The position numbers and the translations under genes are program-made. A stretch of DNA of 64,000 nt, taken from the NCBI GenBank assembly GCA_035524815.1, contig DATKOE010000019.1, positions 2,177-66,176 of the forward strand, read 5' to 3'. This document shows positions 40,546-52,237 of the stretch, piece after piece. This stretch comes from Rhizomicrobium sp. GTDB lineage: Bacteria > Pseudomonadota > Alphaproteobacteria > Micropepsales > Micropepsaceae. Each line of letters begins with the position of its first letter. Within the stretch, counting starts at the first letter, position 1. The notes under the pieces were generated by a model, which made no database searches, had not been told where the DNA came from, and saw only the letters and a list, made by a program, of their open reading frames with translations.

Positions 40546-40595
40546 CCCTTCTTCAGCCCTCGCAAGGTTAAACCAAGGCGCAGGCTGACGATTCG

Positions 40596-42686
40596 ATGTC
40601 CACCCACGCGCCGACTCTTGCGTCGCCCGAGGCCCGTTTCGGTCTCGCCGACTTACTGCGCGTCGTGGGCCGGCGCCGGCTGCTGATCCGCAACATCACG
40701 CTTGCGACGATCGCGCTGACCGCGCTCGTGGTCATGGCGATGCCGACGCTCTATTCGACCTCGGCGATCGTCATGCTCGATCAGCGCAAGAACAACGTCG
40801 CCGACGTTTCGTCGGTGCTCTCGGCGCTGCCGACCGATCCGTCGTCGGTGCAGAACCAGATTCAGGTGCTGTCGTCGCGCGACCTCGCGCTGAAGGTGAT
40901 CGGCAAGCTGAGGCTCTATGCCGATCCGGAGTTCAACGCGGCTCTCGACAGGTCGTCGGTCGATCTCAACCCGCTGCACTGGCTGGGCGGACCCGGCGGC
41001 CGGATGGGCGACGCGCGCGATGCGATCGTCAACGCGTTCCTGAGCCGTCTCGACGTCAGCGCGCTGGGCCTTTCGACCTCCATCGACGTGAATTTCACGG
41101 CCAACGACCCGCGGAAGGCCGCGCTCATCGCCAACACGCTGGCCCAGAGCTACACCGAGGATCAGGTCGCCACCAAGATCGAGGCCTCGCGCCGGGCGGC
41201 TTCTTGGCTGTCGGAGCGCATGCGCCAGCTTGCCCAGCAGGTGCAGATCCAGGAAGCTGCGGTCGAGCTATACAAATCCGAGAACGATCTGGTCGATTCC
41301 GAGGAAGGCAAGTCGCTGGTCGACCAGCAGCTCGTCGCCATCAATGCGCAACTGGTGGCGGCGCAATCCGATCTCGCCGAGAAGAAGGCGGCCTACGACC
41401 GCGTCGCGGCGCTGGCCAGGACCGGCAACGCGGCCGATGTGACCCAGGTCGTCACCTCCAAGATGATCGGCGACCTCAGGACCCAGGAAGCCGAACTGGT
41501 GCGCCAGGAAGCCGATCTCGCCTCGCGCTACGGGCCCAACCATCCCAAGATGATCGCGATCCGCAACGAGAAGCGCGATCTCGAGGCCAAGATCGCGCGC
41601 GAAGTCGCCTCCGTGGCGGGCTCGATGCAGAGCGACCTCGAAGTCGCCCGCGCGCATGTCGGTTCGATCGAGGCGAGCCTGGAGCGCGTCGAACATCAGG
41701 CGCGCGCCGACAATATCGCCCGCATCAAGCTCAACTCGCTGCTGGCCAACCTCGCCTCGACGCGGACCATGTACGAGTCCTTCGTCACGCGCCTGCGCGC
41801 CGTGCAGGACCAGGACGACATCCAGGTTCCCGAGGCCCGCGTGATCTCGACCGCGCCGGTGCCCTCGGCGCCGTCCTCGCCGCATCGCATGCTGTTCGTC
41901 GCCGCCTCCCTTCCCGCCGGTCTGCTGCTCGGCATTCTCGCGGCGCTCCTCGCCGAGCGCTTTCAGGGCTCCCTGCCGGAGAGCGATCTGCGCCAACCGC
42001 CGGTCCGCACGGCGCCGGTGGCGCCCGCCGCGATGCCCGAGCCGGCGCCGCTGCCGCAGCCGGTGGCTTTGCCGCCCGTGCTCGCGACGCTCTCCGCCAC
42101 CAGCGACATGCGGGTCGCCGACTGGCTCGCCGACAACCCCGGCTCGGCCTACGGCCTGGCCCTCGCGGCGCTGGCGCGCAGCCTTCGCCCGATGCCGGGC
42201 GGTCCGGCGCGCGTAGTGATGCTCACTTCGGCCGCAACGGATGTTGGCAAGTCCGTCATCGCTCTCAGCCTGGCGCGCATCGCGGCGCTTGGCGGTCTGA
42301 ACGTGCTGCTGGTGGACGGCGACCAGGGCCGCTCGGTGCCCGGTGCGGCCGGGACCGGGCTCGCGGCTTTCCTGGGCGGCGCGCCGATAGCCGGCGTTGT
42401 CCTCAAGGACCGCCGCACAAATGCCCATCTGTTGCCTGCCGGAGGGGCCGTCTGGGGTGCACCGCGCCTGCCGGAAGCGGTCGCCTATTTGAGGCGGTGC
42501 TGCGATCTGGTCCTCATCGACGGGGCGGCTGTCTTGGCCGGGGATGTCTGTGCTTCGCAGGCGCGTCTCAGCGACGGCGTCCTCGTCCTGACTGCGGCGA
42601 ATGCGCCCCAGGCCGGTTTTGAAGCTGCGCTGCGCTCGCTCGTCGCAATGGGCGCGAAGCCAGCCGGGCTCGTCGTCACGCGATAG
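40596..42686 (+). CDS. Wzc/GumC polysaccharide co-polymerase with degenerate kinase domain
   Basis: N-terminal TM, QIQVLSS, RYGPNHPK, second TM, P-loop TSAATDVGKS, LLVDGD. Confidence 0.88.
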   Translation: MSTHAPTLASPEARFGLADLLRVVGRRRLLIRNITLATIALTALVVMAMPTLYSTSAIVMLDQRKNNVADVSSVLSALPTDPSSVQNQIQVLSSRDLALKVIGKLRLYADPEFNAALDRSSVDLNPLHWLGGPGGRMGDARDAIVNAFLSRLDVSALGLSTSIDVNFTANDPRKAALIANTLAQSYTEDQVATKIEASRRAASWLSERMRQLAQQVQIQEAAVELYKSENDLVDSEEGKSLVDQQLVAINAQLVAAQSDLAEKKAAYDRVAALARTGNAADVTQVVTSKMIGDLRTQEAELVRQEADLASRYGPNHPKMIAIRNEKRDLEAKIAREVASVAGSMQSDLEVARAHVGSIEASLERVEHQARADNIARIKLNSLLANLASTRTMYESFVTRLRAVQDQDDIQVPEARVISTAPVPSAPSSPHRMLFVAASLPAGLLLGILAALLAERFQGSLPESDLRQPPVRTAPVAPAAMPEPAPLPQPVALPPVLATLSATSDMRVADWLADNPGSAYGLALAALARSLRPMPGGPARVVMLTSAATDVGKSVIALSLARIAALGGLNVLLVDGDQGRSVPGAAGTGLAAFLGGAPIAGVVLKDRRTNAHLLPAGGAVWGAPRLPEAVAYLRRCCDLVLIDGAAVLAGDVCASQARLSDGVLVLTAANAPQAGFEAALRSLVAMGAKPAGLVVTR

Positions 42687-42842
42687 AGTCTTGTCAGGCT
42701 TGACTTTTCGGTTCGAACGCCGTTCCTTCGCGCGGCCTTGCGGGTAACCAACCTGACGAAAAATTTCGTTGAGGATTCGGCAAGAAATGGGATACGCGAG
42801 GCCGCGACAAACCGGTTTGTCTTCCAACAAAGCGAACTTCAA

Positions 42843-43460
42843 ATGAGCGAAATGCCTCCTCCGTCGACGCGATTGGCTGGCGGAATCCCTCCCATCGCGA
42901 CCAAAGCCGCGATCGGCGTGGGCGTGTTCGTCGTCGGTGCCCTGTTAGGCTGGATCGGCCGGGGCGTTCTGGCCGGACCGCCCGATGTGACAACCATCTC
43001 CGCCTTCGACGATTGGCGCCTGATCTGCCCGGCCATGAAGGAGAAGGACGCGTCCTGCCGCATGACGCAGGACGTCATCGATTCCAAGTCCGGACAGTCG
43101 ATCGCCAGCCTGGTCGTGCTGAAAGAGGTCGACAAGGACAAGAAGGAATCCACCGTCCTTGCCGTCAACGTGCCGCTGAACGTCCTGCTCGAACCCGGGC
43201 TCGGACTGAAGTTCGGCAACGAGATCAAGACGTATCAGTACAAGACCTGCACCGAAGGCGGTTGCGTCGCCGTCGTTCCCTACGACGATTCGATCCAGGC
43301 GTCGTTGAGCGCCGCGGGCGATTCGTCGATCAGCGTCGCCCGCCTGGACGGCAAGACGATCGAACTTCCGTTCTCGACGAAGGGCTTCGTTGACGCGCGC
43401 AAGGCCTTCGAACATTTCGATGCGAAGCGCTCATCCTGGTGGTGGAGACTGTGGTCATGA
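42843..43460 (+). CDS. invasion-associated locus B (IalB) family protein, membrane anchored
   Basis: FDDWRLIC, CRMTQ, VPLNVLLEPG, YKTCTEGGCVA, FSTKGF. Confidence 0.85.
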   Translation: MSEMPPPSTRLAGGIPPIATKAAIGVGVFVVGALLGWIGRGVLAGPPDVTTISAFDDWRLICPAMKEKDASCRMTQDVIDSKSGQSIASLVVLKEVDKDKKESTVLAVNVPLNVLLEPGLGLKFGNEIKTYQYKTCTEGGCVAVVPYDDSIQASLSAAGDSSISVARLDGKTIELPFSTKGFVDARKAFEHFDAKRSSWWWRLWS

Positions 43461-44065
43461 CCTCGTTCCGTATTCCGGCAATTCTCGCCGCCGCGCTTCT
43501 GGCAAGCCCGCTTGCGCTCGCCGCCAAGCCGGCCCCGCAGCCGGCGCAGCAGGACGCCCAGCAGCAGGCGGCCCAGGCCAACAAAGCGGCGCAGCCGACC
43601 GACGTGAAAGACTACGGCGACTGGACGGTCAGGTGCTTCCCGGCCAACAAAATGGCGCCGTGCCAGATGGTGCAGCTCAGGATCGTGGAGAAGACCAAGC
43701 AGCGCATTCTCGGCGTGCTGGTCGCCTACCTTCCCGCGCGCGACGCCAACTTGATGGAAATTTCCGTTCCGCTCGGCGTCGCGCTGCAGAACGGGCTCGT
43801 CCTCAGCAGCGACACCTACAAGTCGGGCGTCTTGAAGTTCACGCGCTGCGATCAGCAGGGCTGCTACGTGGAGGGCGCCGTCGGCAACGACGTAATGGGT
43901 TCGCTAGGCCGCGCCACCAAGGCCCAGGTGCAGATCATCTCGATGAACGGCAAGCGCTATAACCTCGTCTTCTCGATGAAGGGCTTCAACGAGGCCCACC
44001 ATGCGCTGGTGGACCTCGCCAAGCAGAAGGGCGGCGGAGCGGCTCCCGCTCCGGCTGGGCAGTAG
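43457..44065 (+). CDS. IalB family protein, signal peptide
   Basis: YGDWTVRC, CQMVQ, VPLGVALQNG, FTRCDQQGCYV, FSMKGFNEA. Confidence 0.87.
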   Translation: MTSFRIPAILAAALLASPLALAAKPAPQPAQQDAQQQAAQANKAAQPTDVKDYGDWTVRCFPANKMAPCQMVQLRIVEKTKQRILGVLVAYLPARDANLMEISVPLGVALQNGLVLSSDTYKSGVLKFTRCDQQGCYVEGAVGNDVMGSLGRATKAQVQIISMNGKRYNLVFSMKGFNEAHHALVDLAKQKGGGAAPAPAGQ

Positions 44066-44248
44066 CGACAGTTCCGGTTTCGTTCGATCCGGCGGGCGCG
44101 TGGACTTCCTTCACGCGCCCGTTTCGCTTCGCGACAATTTCGACATACTTCGCGAAAAGTGCTCTGTTATTCCGACCGCTGACGGGCTTCGGCACGTTAG
44201 AGCCATCGTGGGCCGGCGAGGGGCGGACGCCGGGATCGGACAATCGTG

Positions 44249-45778
44249 ATGAGCAGTGAGCAGACCAGCCGGCGCAGCTTCGAGGAACCGGGGCGCGGTT
44301 CCGGCGGCGGAGCCAACCACTATTACGAGCAGGCGAAAGGCGCGGTGGGCCGCGTGCGCGGGTGGTCCTCGCGCCATCTGCCCGGCGGCGAAAAGACCCT
44401 GTGGATCGTCATCGGGCTCATCCTGCTCGTCCTTTTCGTCTGGTGGCTGCTGCCGGGCAGCCAATCGAGCATGAACGGCTTCGGCGGCAGGGGCGGACCC
44501 CAGCCGGTCGGCGTCGCCAAGGCGGAGCGCGGGCCCATCAACGTCACGCTCAATGGGTTGGGCACGGTCACGCCGCTCGCAACCGTGACGGTGCGCCCGC
44601 AGGTTTCCGGCCAGATCATCCGCTTCGATTTCCGGGAAGGCCAGATGGTCAAGGCGGGCGACCTGCTCGCCGAGATCGATCCGCGGCCCTTCCAGGCTGC
44701 GCTCGACCAGGCGAAGGGCCAGCTTGCCCGCGATTCCGCCTCGCTCCAGAACGCGCGGCTCGACTTGAAGCGCCAGCAGGGGCTGTGGGCGACCAACGCG
44801 ACGTCGCAGCAGGCTCTGGCCACGCAACAGGCTCTGGTCAAGCAGGACGAAGGCATCGTCGAATCCGACAAGGCCAATGTCGATGCCGCGGCGATCAACC
44901 TCGGCTATACGCGCGTTACCTCCCCGGTCGCCGGCCGGGCGGGAATCCGCCAGGTCGATGTCGGCAACTTCGTCTCGGCGGGCCAGACCAACGGCATCGT
45001 GGTCGTCACGCAGTTGCAGCCGATTTCGGTGATCTTCACCATTCGCGAAGACGACATCATGCCGGTCCTGTCGCGCTTCAACGCGGGCGAATCGCTGCGC
45101 GTCGATGCCTACGACCATCCCAATATCAACAAGATCGCCACCGGCCGCCTCTCCGCCATCGATTCGCAGATCGACACCACCACCGGCACGGTGAAGCTGC
45201 GCGCGATGTTCGACAACGCGGACGGGCATCTGTTCCCCAACCAGTTCGTCAACGCGCGCCTTCTGGTGCAGACGTTGCAAAACCAGGTCGTCATTCCGGC
45301 GGCCGCGCTCCAGCGCGGCGCCCAGGGCAACTTTGTCTTCGTGGTCGGGGCCGACAAAACCGTTTCGATGCGCGCCGTGACGCAGGGCCAGCAGGAAGAC
45401 GAGCGCATCGACATCCTGAAGGGGCTCAATCCCGGCGAAACGGTGGTGACCGACGGCGCCGACCGCCTGCATGACGGCTCGCAGGTGACCATCCCGAGCG
45501 GCCAGAAGGTAGAGAAGGTGGCTCCTCCCGCGAATGCGGCCGCGCCGCCCGGTGCGGCTACGCCCTCGCGCGAACAACGCCGCGCCATGCTTGAGAAAGC
45601 CTGCAGCGAGGACATCAAGAAGTACTGCGGCAGCTCGCAGGGCTTCGAGGTGTTCATGTGCCTGAGGCAGAACCGCGACAGCCTCTCGACCGGTTGCCAG
45701 ACCTTCATGAAGAACATGCGCGGGCGCCGCGGCGGCGGAGGCGGCGGGTTCGGTGGCGGACCCCCGCCGGGGCCGTAA
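44249..45778 (+). CDS. mdtA: RND efflux periplasmic adaptor MdtA/MuxA with C-terminal Cys-rich extension
   Basis: [62 protein letters not shown]. Confidence 0.9.
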   Translation: MSSEQTSRRSFEEPGRGSGGGANHYYEQAKGAVGRVRGWSSRHLPGGEKTLWIVIGLILLVLFVWWLLPGSQSSMNGFGGRGGPQPVGVAKAERGPINVTLNGLGTVTPLATVTVRPQVSGQIIRFDFREGQMVKAGDLLAEIDPRPFQAALDQAKGQLARDSASLQNARLDLKRQQGLWATNATSQQALATQQALVKQDEGIVESDKANVDAAAINLGYTRVTSPVAGRAGIRQVDVGNFVSAGQTNGIVVVTQLQPISVIFTIREDDIMPVLSRFNAGESLRVDAYDHPNINKIATGRLSAIDSQIDTTTGTVKLRAMFDNADGHLFPNQFVNARLLVQTLQNQVVIPAAALQRGAQGNFVFVVGADKTVSMRAVTQGQQEDERIDILKGLNPGETVVTDGADRLHDGSQVTIPSGQKVEKVAPPANAAAPPGAATPSREQRRAMLEKACSEDIKKYCGSSQGFEVFMCLRQNRDSLSTGCQTFMKNMRGRRGGGGGGFGGGPPPGP

Positions 45779-45782
45779 GGCG

Positions 45783-48700
45783 ATGAATCCCTCCGCCCCG
45801 TTCATCCTGCGTCCGGTGGCGACGTCGCTGCTGATGGCGGCGATCATGCTGCTCGGGCTGTTGGGCTACAAATTCCTGCCGCTGTCGGCGCTGCCCCAAG
45901 TCGACTATCCGACCATCCAGGTGCAGACCTTTCTGCCCGGCGCCAGCCCGGACGTGATGACGACGTCGGTCACCGCGCCGCTGGAGCGCCAGTTCGGCCA
46001 GATGCCGGGCCTGAAACAGATGTCGAGCGTCTCCTCGGGCGGCGCCTCGGTCATCACCCTGCAGTTCGACTTGAGCCTGTCGCTCGACATCGCCGAGCAG
46101 GAAGTCCAGGCGGCGATCAACGCCGGCGGCAATCTGCTGCCGCAGAGCCTTCCGGCGCCGCCGATCTACAACAAGGTCAATCCGGCGGACGCCCCCATCC
46201 TGACGCTGGCGATCCACTCCAACACGATGCCGATCACCCAGGTCGAGAACCTGGCAGAGACCCGCATCGCCCAGAAGATTTCGCAGCTTGCCGGCGTCGG
46301 CCTCGTCAGCATCAACGGCGGCCAGCGTCCCGCCGTGCGCGTGCGCGCCAACATCCAGGCGCTGGCATCCTACGGCCTCAACATCGACGATCTCAGGACC
46401 ACGATCTCGAATGCGAATTCGAACGCGCCCAAGGGCAGCTTCGACGGTCCTACGCGCTCCTACACAATCAACGCCAACGACCAGATCCAGTCGCCGGAGG
46501 ACTACAAGAACATCGTTGTTGCCTACAAGAACGGCGCGCCGGTGTTCCTCAAGGACGTGGCCTCGGTCGACGACAGCGCCGAGAACACCAAGCTGGCCAG
46601 CTGGATGAACACCACGCCGGCGATCATCCTCAACATCCAGCGCCAGCCGGGCGCCAACGTCATCGCCGTGGCCGATTCGGTGAAGGCGCTGCTGCCCCAG
46701 ATCGAGGCGGGGCTGCCCGGCTCGGTTCAGGTTTCGGTCGTCACCGACCGCACCAACACCATCCGCGCCTCGGTGGCCGACGTTCAGTTTGAGCTGGCGC
46801 TGGCCGTGGTGCTGGTCGTTCTGGTGATCTTCCTGTTCCTGCGCAACCTTTCGGCGACCTTCATACCCTCGATGAGCGTGCCGCTCTCCATCGTGGGTAC
46901 GTTCGCGGCGATGTACCTGCTCGGCTATTCGCTCAACAACCTGTCGCTGATGGCGATGACGATCGCGGCCGGCTTCGTGGTCGACGACGCCATCGTGATG
47001 ATCGAGAACATCTCGCGCTATCTCGAAGCCGGCGATACGCCGTTCGAGGCGGCGATGAAGGGATCGAAGGAAATCGGCTTCACCATCGTTTCGCTGACGA
47101 TTTCGCTGATCGCGGTCCTGATTCCGCTTCTGTTCATGCAGGAGGTGGTGGGTCGGCTGTTCCGCGAGTTCGCGGTGACGCTTTCCATCACCATCCTGAT
47201 CTCGGCGGCGGTTTCGCTGACGCTGGTGCCGATGCTGTGCGCCAAGCTGCTGCGCCATCGCTCCGAGCAGCGCAAGCAGGGCGCCGTGGCGCGCAAGGCC
47301 GAGGAGTATTACGCCCGCCTCGTCGCCGCCTACGACCGCGGCCTCGTCTGGGTGCTGGATCATCAGCCGCTGACGCTCATGGTCGCCGTGGGCACGCTGG
47401 TCGTGACCGTGCTGCTCTACATCGCGATCCCCAAGGGCTTCTTCCCGGTGCAGGACACCGGCATCGTCCAGGGTATCAGCCAGGCCGGGCCCACGGTGTC
47501 GTTCGACGAGATGAGCAAGCGCCAGGCCGCGCTCGCCGCCGCCATCCTGCGCGACCCCGACGTCGACAGCCTGTCGAGCTTCATTGGCGTCGACGGCACC
47601 AACACGACGTTGAACAGCGGCCGCTTCCTCATCAACCTGAAGCCCAAGGACCAGCGCACGGCGGGCTTCACCGACGTGCTGGAGCGGCTCGCGGACACCA
47701 CGCGCTCGGTGCCGGGCATCGCCCTCTACCTCCAGCCGGTGCAGGATCTGACGATCGAATCCACGATTGGCCGGGCGCAATACCAGCTCGTGCTCGAAGA
47801 CGCGAGCACATCCGTGCTCAATCAGTGGGTGCCCACTTTCGTCAAGGCGTTGCAGGCCAGGCCGGAGCTGGCCGACGTCTCCACCAATTTCCTCGACAAG
47901 GGTCTTGCGGCCTACGTCAAGCTCGACCGCGACACCGCCGCGCGCTTCGGCATCACCGCGGCGACGGTCGACAACGCGCTCTACGACGCCTACGGCCAGC
48001 GCATCGTCACGACGATCTTCACCCAGTCGAACCAGTACCGGGTGATCCTGGAATCTGCGAGCGAAGATCAGAAGTCGCCGCGCTCGCTTTCCAACGTCTA
48101 TCTCCCCTCGGCCGGCGGCGGCCAGGTGCCGCTCGCGGCCTTGGCGAATGTCGATGAAACGCCGACCCCGCTCGAAAACGACCATCTGGGGCAGTTTCCC
48201 GCCGCCACCGTCTCGTTCGACGTGGCGCCGGGCTACTCGCTCGGCTCCGCGGTCGACGCCGTCAAGTCCGCCGAGCAGGATGCCGGCCTTCCAGCCTCGA
48301 TCAACACGACCTTCCAGGGCGCGGCGCTCGCCTTCCAGTCGACGCTCGGCAACGAGCTTCTCCTGATCCTGGCCGCGATCGTCACCGTCTATATCGTGCT
48401 GGGCGTGCTCTACGAGAGCTTCATCCACCCGGTCACGATCCTGTCAACGCTGCCCTCGGCGGGCATCGGCGCCCTGCTCATGCTGATCCTGACGGGCCAC
48501 GACCTCAACATCGTCTCCATTATCGGCATCATCCTGCTGATCGGCATCGTCAAAAAGAACGCCATCATGATGATCGACTTCGCGCTCGAGGCCGAACGCC
48601 ATCAGGGCCTGGGGCCGCGCGACGCCATCTACCGTGCGGCGCTCCTGCGCTTCCGTCCGATCATGATGACGACCGTGGCCGCGATCTTCGGCGCCCTGCC

Positions 48701-48899
48701 GCTGATGGTGGGCAGCGGCACGGGATCGGAGCTGCGCCATCCGCTGGGCCTGGCGATCGTAGGCGGGCTGCTGGTCAGCCAGATGCTCACGCTGTTCACC
48801 ACGCCGGTCATCTACATCTATTTCGACGGGCTGGTGCAGCGGCTGCGGCGCGGGCAGGGCGAAGGCCCGGAACCGCAGGCGGGCGCGGTGCGGCCATGA
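45783..48899 (+). CDS. mdtB: RND efflux permease MdtB/MuxB
   Basis: [65 protein letters not shown]. Confidence 0.93.
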   Translation: MNPSAPFILRPVATSLLMAAIMLLGLLGYKFLPLSALPQVDYPTIQVQTFLPGASPDVMTTSVTAPLERQFGQMPGLKQMSSVSSGGASVITLQFDLSLSLDIAEQEVQAAINAGGNLLPQSLPAPPIYNKVNPADAPILTLAIHSNTMPITQVENLAETRIAQKISQLAGVGLVSINGGQRPAVRVRANIQALASYGLNIDDLRTTISNANSNAPKGSFDGPTRSYTINANDQIQSPEDYKNIVVAYKNGAPVFLKDVASVDDSAENTKLASWMNTTPAIILNIQRQPGANVIAVADSVKALLPQIEAGLPGSVQVSVVTDRTNTIRASVADVQFELALAVVLVVLVIFLFLRNLSATFIPSMSVPLSIVGTFAAMYLLGYSLNNLSLMAMTIAAGFVVDDAIVMIENISRYLEAGDTPFEAAMKGSKEIGFTIVSLTISLIAVLIPLLFMQEVVGRLFREFAVTLSITILISAAVSLTLVPMLCAKLLRHRSEQRKQGAVARKAEEYYARLVAAYDRGLVWVLDHQPLTLMVAVGTLVVTVLLYIAIPKGFFPVQDTGIVQGISQAGPTVSFDEMSKRQAALAAAILRDPDVDSLSSFIGVDGTNTTLNSGRFLINLKPKDQRTAGFTDVLERLADTTRSVPGIALYLQPVQDLTIESTIGRAQYQLVLEDASTSVLNQWVPTFVKALQARPELADVSTNFLDKGLAAYVKLDRDTAARFGITAATVDNALYDAYGQRIVTTIFTQSNQYRVILESASEDQKSPRSLSNVYLPSAGGGQVPLAALANVDETPTPLENDHLGQFPAATVSFDVAPGYSLGSAVDAVKSAEQDAGLPASINTTFQGAALAFQSTLGNELLLILAAIVTVYIVLGVLYESFIHPVTILSTLPSAGIGALLMLILTGHDLNIVSIIGIILLIGIVKKNAIMMIDFALEAERHQGLGPRDAIYRAALLRFRPIMMTTVAAIFGALPLMVGSGTGSELRHPLGLAIVGGLLVSQMLTLFTTPVIYIYFDGLVQRLRRGQGEGPEPQAGAVRP

Positions 48900-51800
48900 A
48901 CTTCAGCCGCGTCTTCATCGAACGTCCGGTGGCGACGACGCTTCTGACGATGGGGCTCGCCCTGGCGGGCCTGATCGCCTACGCGCTTCTGCCGGTCGCG
49001 CCGCTGCCGAACGTCGACATGCCGGTGATCTTCGTGCAGGCGCAGATGCCCGGCGCCAGCCCGGAGACGATGTCGACCAGCGTGGCAACCCCCTTGGAGC
49101 GTCACCTGGGCTCCATCGCCGGCGTCAACGAGATGACCTCGTCGAGCTCCGTCGGCTCGACGCGCATTGCGCTGCAGTTCGATCTGGGCCGCGACATCGA
49201 CGGCGCGGCGCGCGACGTCCAGGCGGCGATCGTGGCGGCGCGCGTCGATCTTCCCGCCTCGCTGCGCTCCAATCCCACCTACCGCAAGATCAATCCCGCC
49301 GACCAGCCGGTGCTGATCCTCGCGCTGACCTCGGACACGCTGACACCGGGGCAGATCTACGATTCCGCCTCCACGATCCTGCAGCAGAAGCTCAGCCAGG
49401 TCGACGGCATCGGCCAGGTCCAGCTCAGCGGTTCGTCGCTGCCTGCGGTGCGCGTCGACCTCAATCCGCGGGCGCTGTTCAAGTACGGCATCGGGCTCGA
49501 AGACGTTCGCGCCGCGCTCACCGCCGCCAACGCCAATGCCCCCAAGGGCGCGGTGGAAGATGGGCCGAAGCGCTACCAGATCTACGTCAACGACCAGGCG
49601 CAGACCGCCGGCGACTTCAAGAACCTCATCGTCGCCTATCGCAATGGAGCGGCGGTGCGCCTGATGGACGTCGGCAGCGTCTACGACGGCGTCGAGGACG
49701 TGCGCAACCTCGGCATGGCGAACGGCAAGCCGGCCATCCTCGTCATCCTGTTCCGCCAGCCGGGCGCCAACATCATCCAGACGGTCGACAACGTGAAGGC
49801 CGCGCTGCCCCAGTTGCAGCGGGCGCTGCCGCCGTCGATCAACCTCGTCATCGCCAACGATCGCACCACTTCGATCCGCGCCTCGCTGCACGACGTCGAA
49901 ATCACCATGCTGATGAGCGTTTTCCTGGTGATGCTCGTGGTCTATCTGTTCCTCAGGAACGCGCGCGCCACGGTGATCCCGTCAGTGGCGGTGCCGCTGT
50001 CGCTGATCGGTACCTTCGGCGTGATGTATCTTGCGGGGTTCACGCTGGATGTCCTGTCGCTGATGGCGCTCACCGTCGCGACCGGCTTCGTGGTCGACGA
50101 CGCCATCGTGGTGCTGGAAAACGTGACGCGCCACATCGAGGCGGGCATGCCGCGATTCCAGGCGGCGCTGGTCGGCACCAAGGAGGTGGGCTTCACCGTC
50201 GTCTCCATGAGCGTGTCGCTGATCGCCGTGTTCATCCCGATCCTTCTGATGGGCGGCGTCGTCGGCCGCTTTTTCCAGGAATTCGCGGTCACCCTGGCAG
50301 CGGCCATCACGATTTCGCTGGTGGTGTCGCTGACCACTACGGCCATGCTCTGCGGCCACCTCGACCTGAGGCGCGGCGAGGGCGAGCAGGGCTGGCTGCT
50401 GAGGAATTCGGAACGGGTGTTCGAATGGGGCAAGCGCGCCTATGCCCGTTCCTTGCGGGCGGTGCTGGCCAATCCGCTCACCACCGTCATCCTGCTTTTC
50501 TTCCTGCCGATCGGGCTCAACATCTTTCTCTACATGCATGTGCCCGCCGGTTTCATGCCGGCCGAGGACACCGGCCAGATCATGGCGCGCATCCGCGCCG
50601 ACCAGGCGATCTCGTTCCAGTCGATGCAATCGAAATTCACGCAGGTTGTGCAGGCGCTCGCCAAGGATCCGGCAGTCGACAGCGTCGTGGGCTTCACCGG
50701 CGGCGGGGGCGGCGGCCCGCGCGGCGGCAGCGTGAACGAGGCCAGCGCGTTCGTGCAGCTCAAGTCGGTGCCCGACCGCGGCGGCATGTCCACCGACGAT
50801 GTCATCGAGCGGTTGCGCGGCAAGATGCAGAAGGTGGAGGGCGCCACCGTGATGATGTTCGGCGCGGGCAACATGCGGTTCGGCGCCCGCCAAGGCAACG
50901 CCAGCTACCAGTATTCGATTCTCGGCGACACGCTCGACGACATCAACAAGTGGGTGCCGAAGATCACCGACGCCTTGCAGAACGTGCCGGAACTGGAGGA
51001 CGTCAGCTCCGACCGCCAGGATGCCGGGTTGGAGGTGGAGCTCGACATCGACCGCGCCACCGCGGCGCGGCTCGGCGTCAACACCACCCAGATCGACAAC
51101 ACCCTCTACGACGCCTTCGGCCAGCGCCAGGTTTCGACCATCTACAACGACCTCAACCAGTACCACGTCGTCATGGGCGTGGCGCCCGAGTTCTGGCAGA
51201 GCCCGGAGACGCTGAAGGACATCTATGTCTCGACCGCCGGCGGCTCGGTGTCGGGCACGCAAGCCACCGCCGCCGTCGCCGGCACGACCGTGCTTTCGAG
51301 CACCACGGCTCAAACGGCCCTCGACGTCGCCAACGACGCCGTGCGCAACCAGCAGCTCAACGCGCTCACCGCCACGACGCGCGGCAACGTCTCGACCGGG
51401 GCGGCGGTTTCGACGCGCGTCGAAACGATGGTGCCGCTGGCCGCGTTCGCGAGCTACGGGCCCGGCACCATGCCGCTCTCGATCAATCATCAGGGACCGT
51501 TCGTCGCCACCACGTTCTCGTTCAACCTCGCGCCGGGCAAGACCCTGAGCGACGCAGTCAACGCCATCAACCGGACGATGGACCAGCTTCATGTGCCGGT
51601 GAGTGTCCACGGCGAGTTCGCGGGCAACGCGCGGGTGTTCACGGACTCGTTCTCGAACGAGCCCATCCTCATCCTGGCGGCGATCGTCACCATCTACATC
51701 GTGCTCGGCGTGCTCTACGAAAGCCTGATCCATCCGATCACGATCCTGTCCACCCTGCCGTCGGCGGGCGTCGGCGCCTGCATCGCGCTCATGATCGCCA

Positions 51801-52231
51801 ACAAGCTCGACAACACCATCCAGTTCAGCCTGATCGCCTTCATCGGCGTCATCCTGCTCATCGGCATCGTCAAGAAGAACGCGATCATGATGATCGATTT
51901 TGCGCTGTTCGCGGAGCGCGAGCGGGGCCTGTCCCCGCGCGACGCCATCTTCGAGGCCTGTCAGCTTCGCTTCCGGCCGATCATGATGACCACCTTCGCG
52001 GCGATCCTCGGCGCGACGCCGCTCGCGATCGGGTTTGGCACCGGTTCCGAGATGCGCCAGCCGCTCGGCATTTCGATCGTGGGCGGGTTGATCGTGAGCC
52101 AGATTCTCACGCTCTACTCGACGCCGGTGATCTATCTCTATCTCGACCGCTTCCGGTTGTGGACGAGCCGCCGCTGGCAGCGGTTCTATGCGCGCCTCTT
52201 GGGCGATCCGATTCCGGACGCCGCCGAGTAA
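48896..52231 (+). CDS. mdtC: RND efflux permease MdtC/MuxC
   Basis: [52 protein letters not shown]; follows mdtB. Confidence 0.92.
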   Translation: MNFSRVFIERPVATTLLTMGLALAGLIAYALLPVAPLPNVDMPVIFVQAQMPGASPETMSTSVATPLERHLGSIAGVNEMTSSSSVGSTRIALQFDLGRDIDGAARDVQAAIVAARVDLPASLRSNPTYRKINPADQPVLILALTSDTLTPGQIYDSASTILQQKLSQVDGIGQVQLSGSSLPAVRVDLNPRALFKYGIGLEDVRAALTAANANAPKGAVEDGPKRYQIYVNDQAQTAGDFKNLIVAYRNGAAVRLMDVGSVYDGVEDVRNLGMANGKPAILVILFRQPGANIIQTVDNVKAALPQLQRALPPSINLVIANDRTTSIRASLHDVEITMLMSVFLVMLVVYLFLRNARATVIPSVAVPLSLIGTFGVMYLAGFTLDVLSLMALTVATGFVVDDAIVVLENVTRHIEAGMPRFQAALVGTKEVGFTVVSMSVSLIAVFIPILLMGGVVGRFFQEFAVTLAAAITISLVVSLTTTAMLCGHLDLRRGEGEQGWLLRNSERVFEWGKRAYARSLRAVLANPLTTVILLFFLPIGLNIFLYMHVPAGFMPAEDTGQIMARIRADQAISFQSMQSKFTQVVQALAKDPAVDSVVGFTGGGGGGPRGGSVNEASAFVQLKSVPDRGGMSTDDVIERLRGKMQKVEGATVMMFGAGNMRFGARQGNASYQYSILGDTLDDINKWVPKITDALQNVPELEDVSSDRQDAGLEVELDIDRATAARLGVNTTQIDNTLYDAFGQRQVSTIYNDLNQYHVVMGVAPEFWQSPETLKDIYVSTAGGSVSGTQATAAVAGTTVLSSTTAQTALDVANDAVRNQQLNALTATTRGNVSTGAAVSTRVETMVPLAAFASYGPGTMPLSINHQGPFVATTFSFNLAPGKTLSDAVNAINRTMDQLHVPVSVHGEFAGNARVFTDSFSNEPILILAAIVTIYIVLGVLYESLIHPITILSTLPSAGVGACIALMIANKLDNTIQFSLIAFIGVILLIGIVKKNAIMMIDFALFAERERGLSPRDAIFEACQLRFRPIMMTTFAAILGATPLAIGFGTGSEMRQPLGISIVGGLIVSQILTLYSTPVIYLYLDRFRLWTSRRWQRFYARLLGDPIPDAAE

Positions 52232-52237
52232 CCGGGC

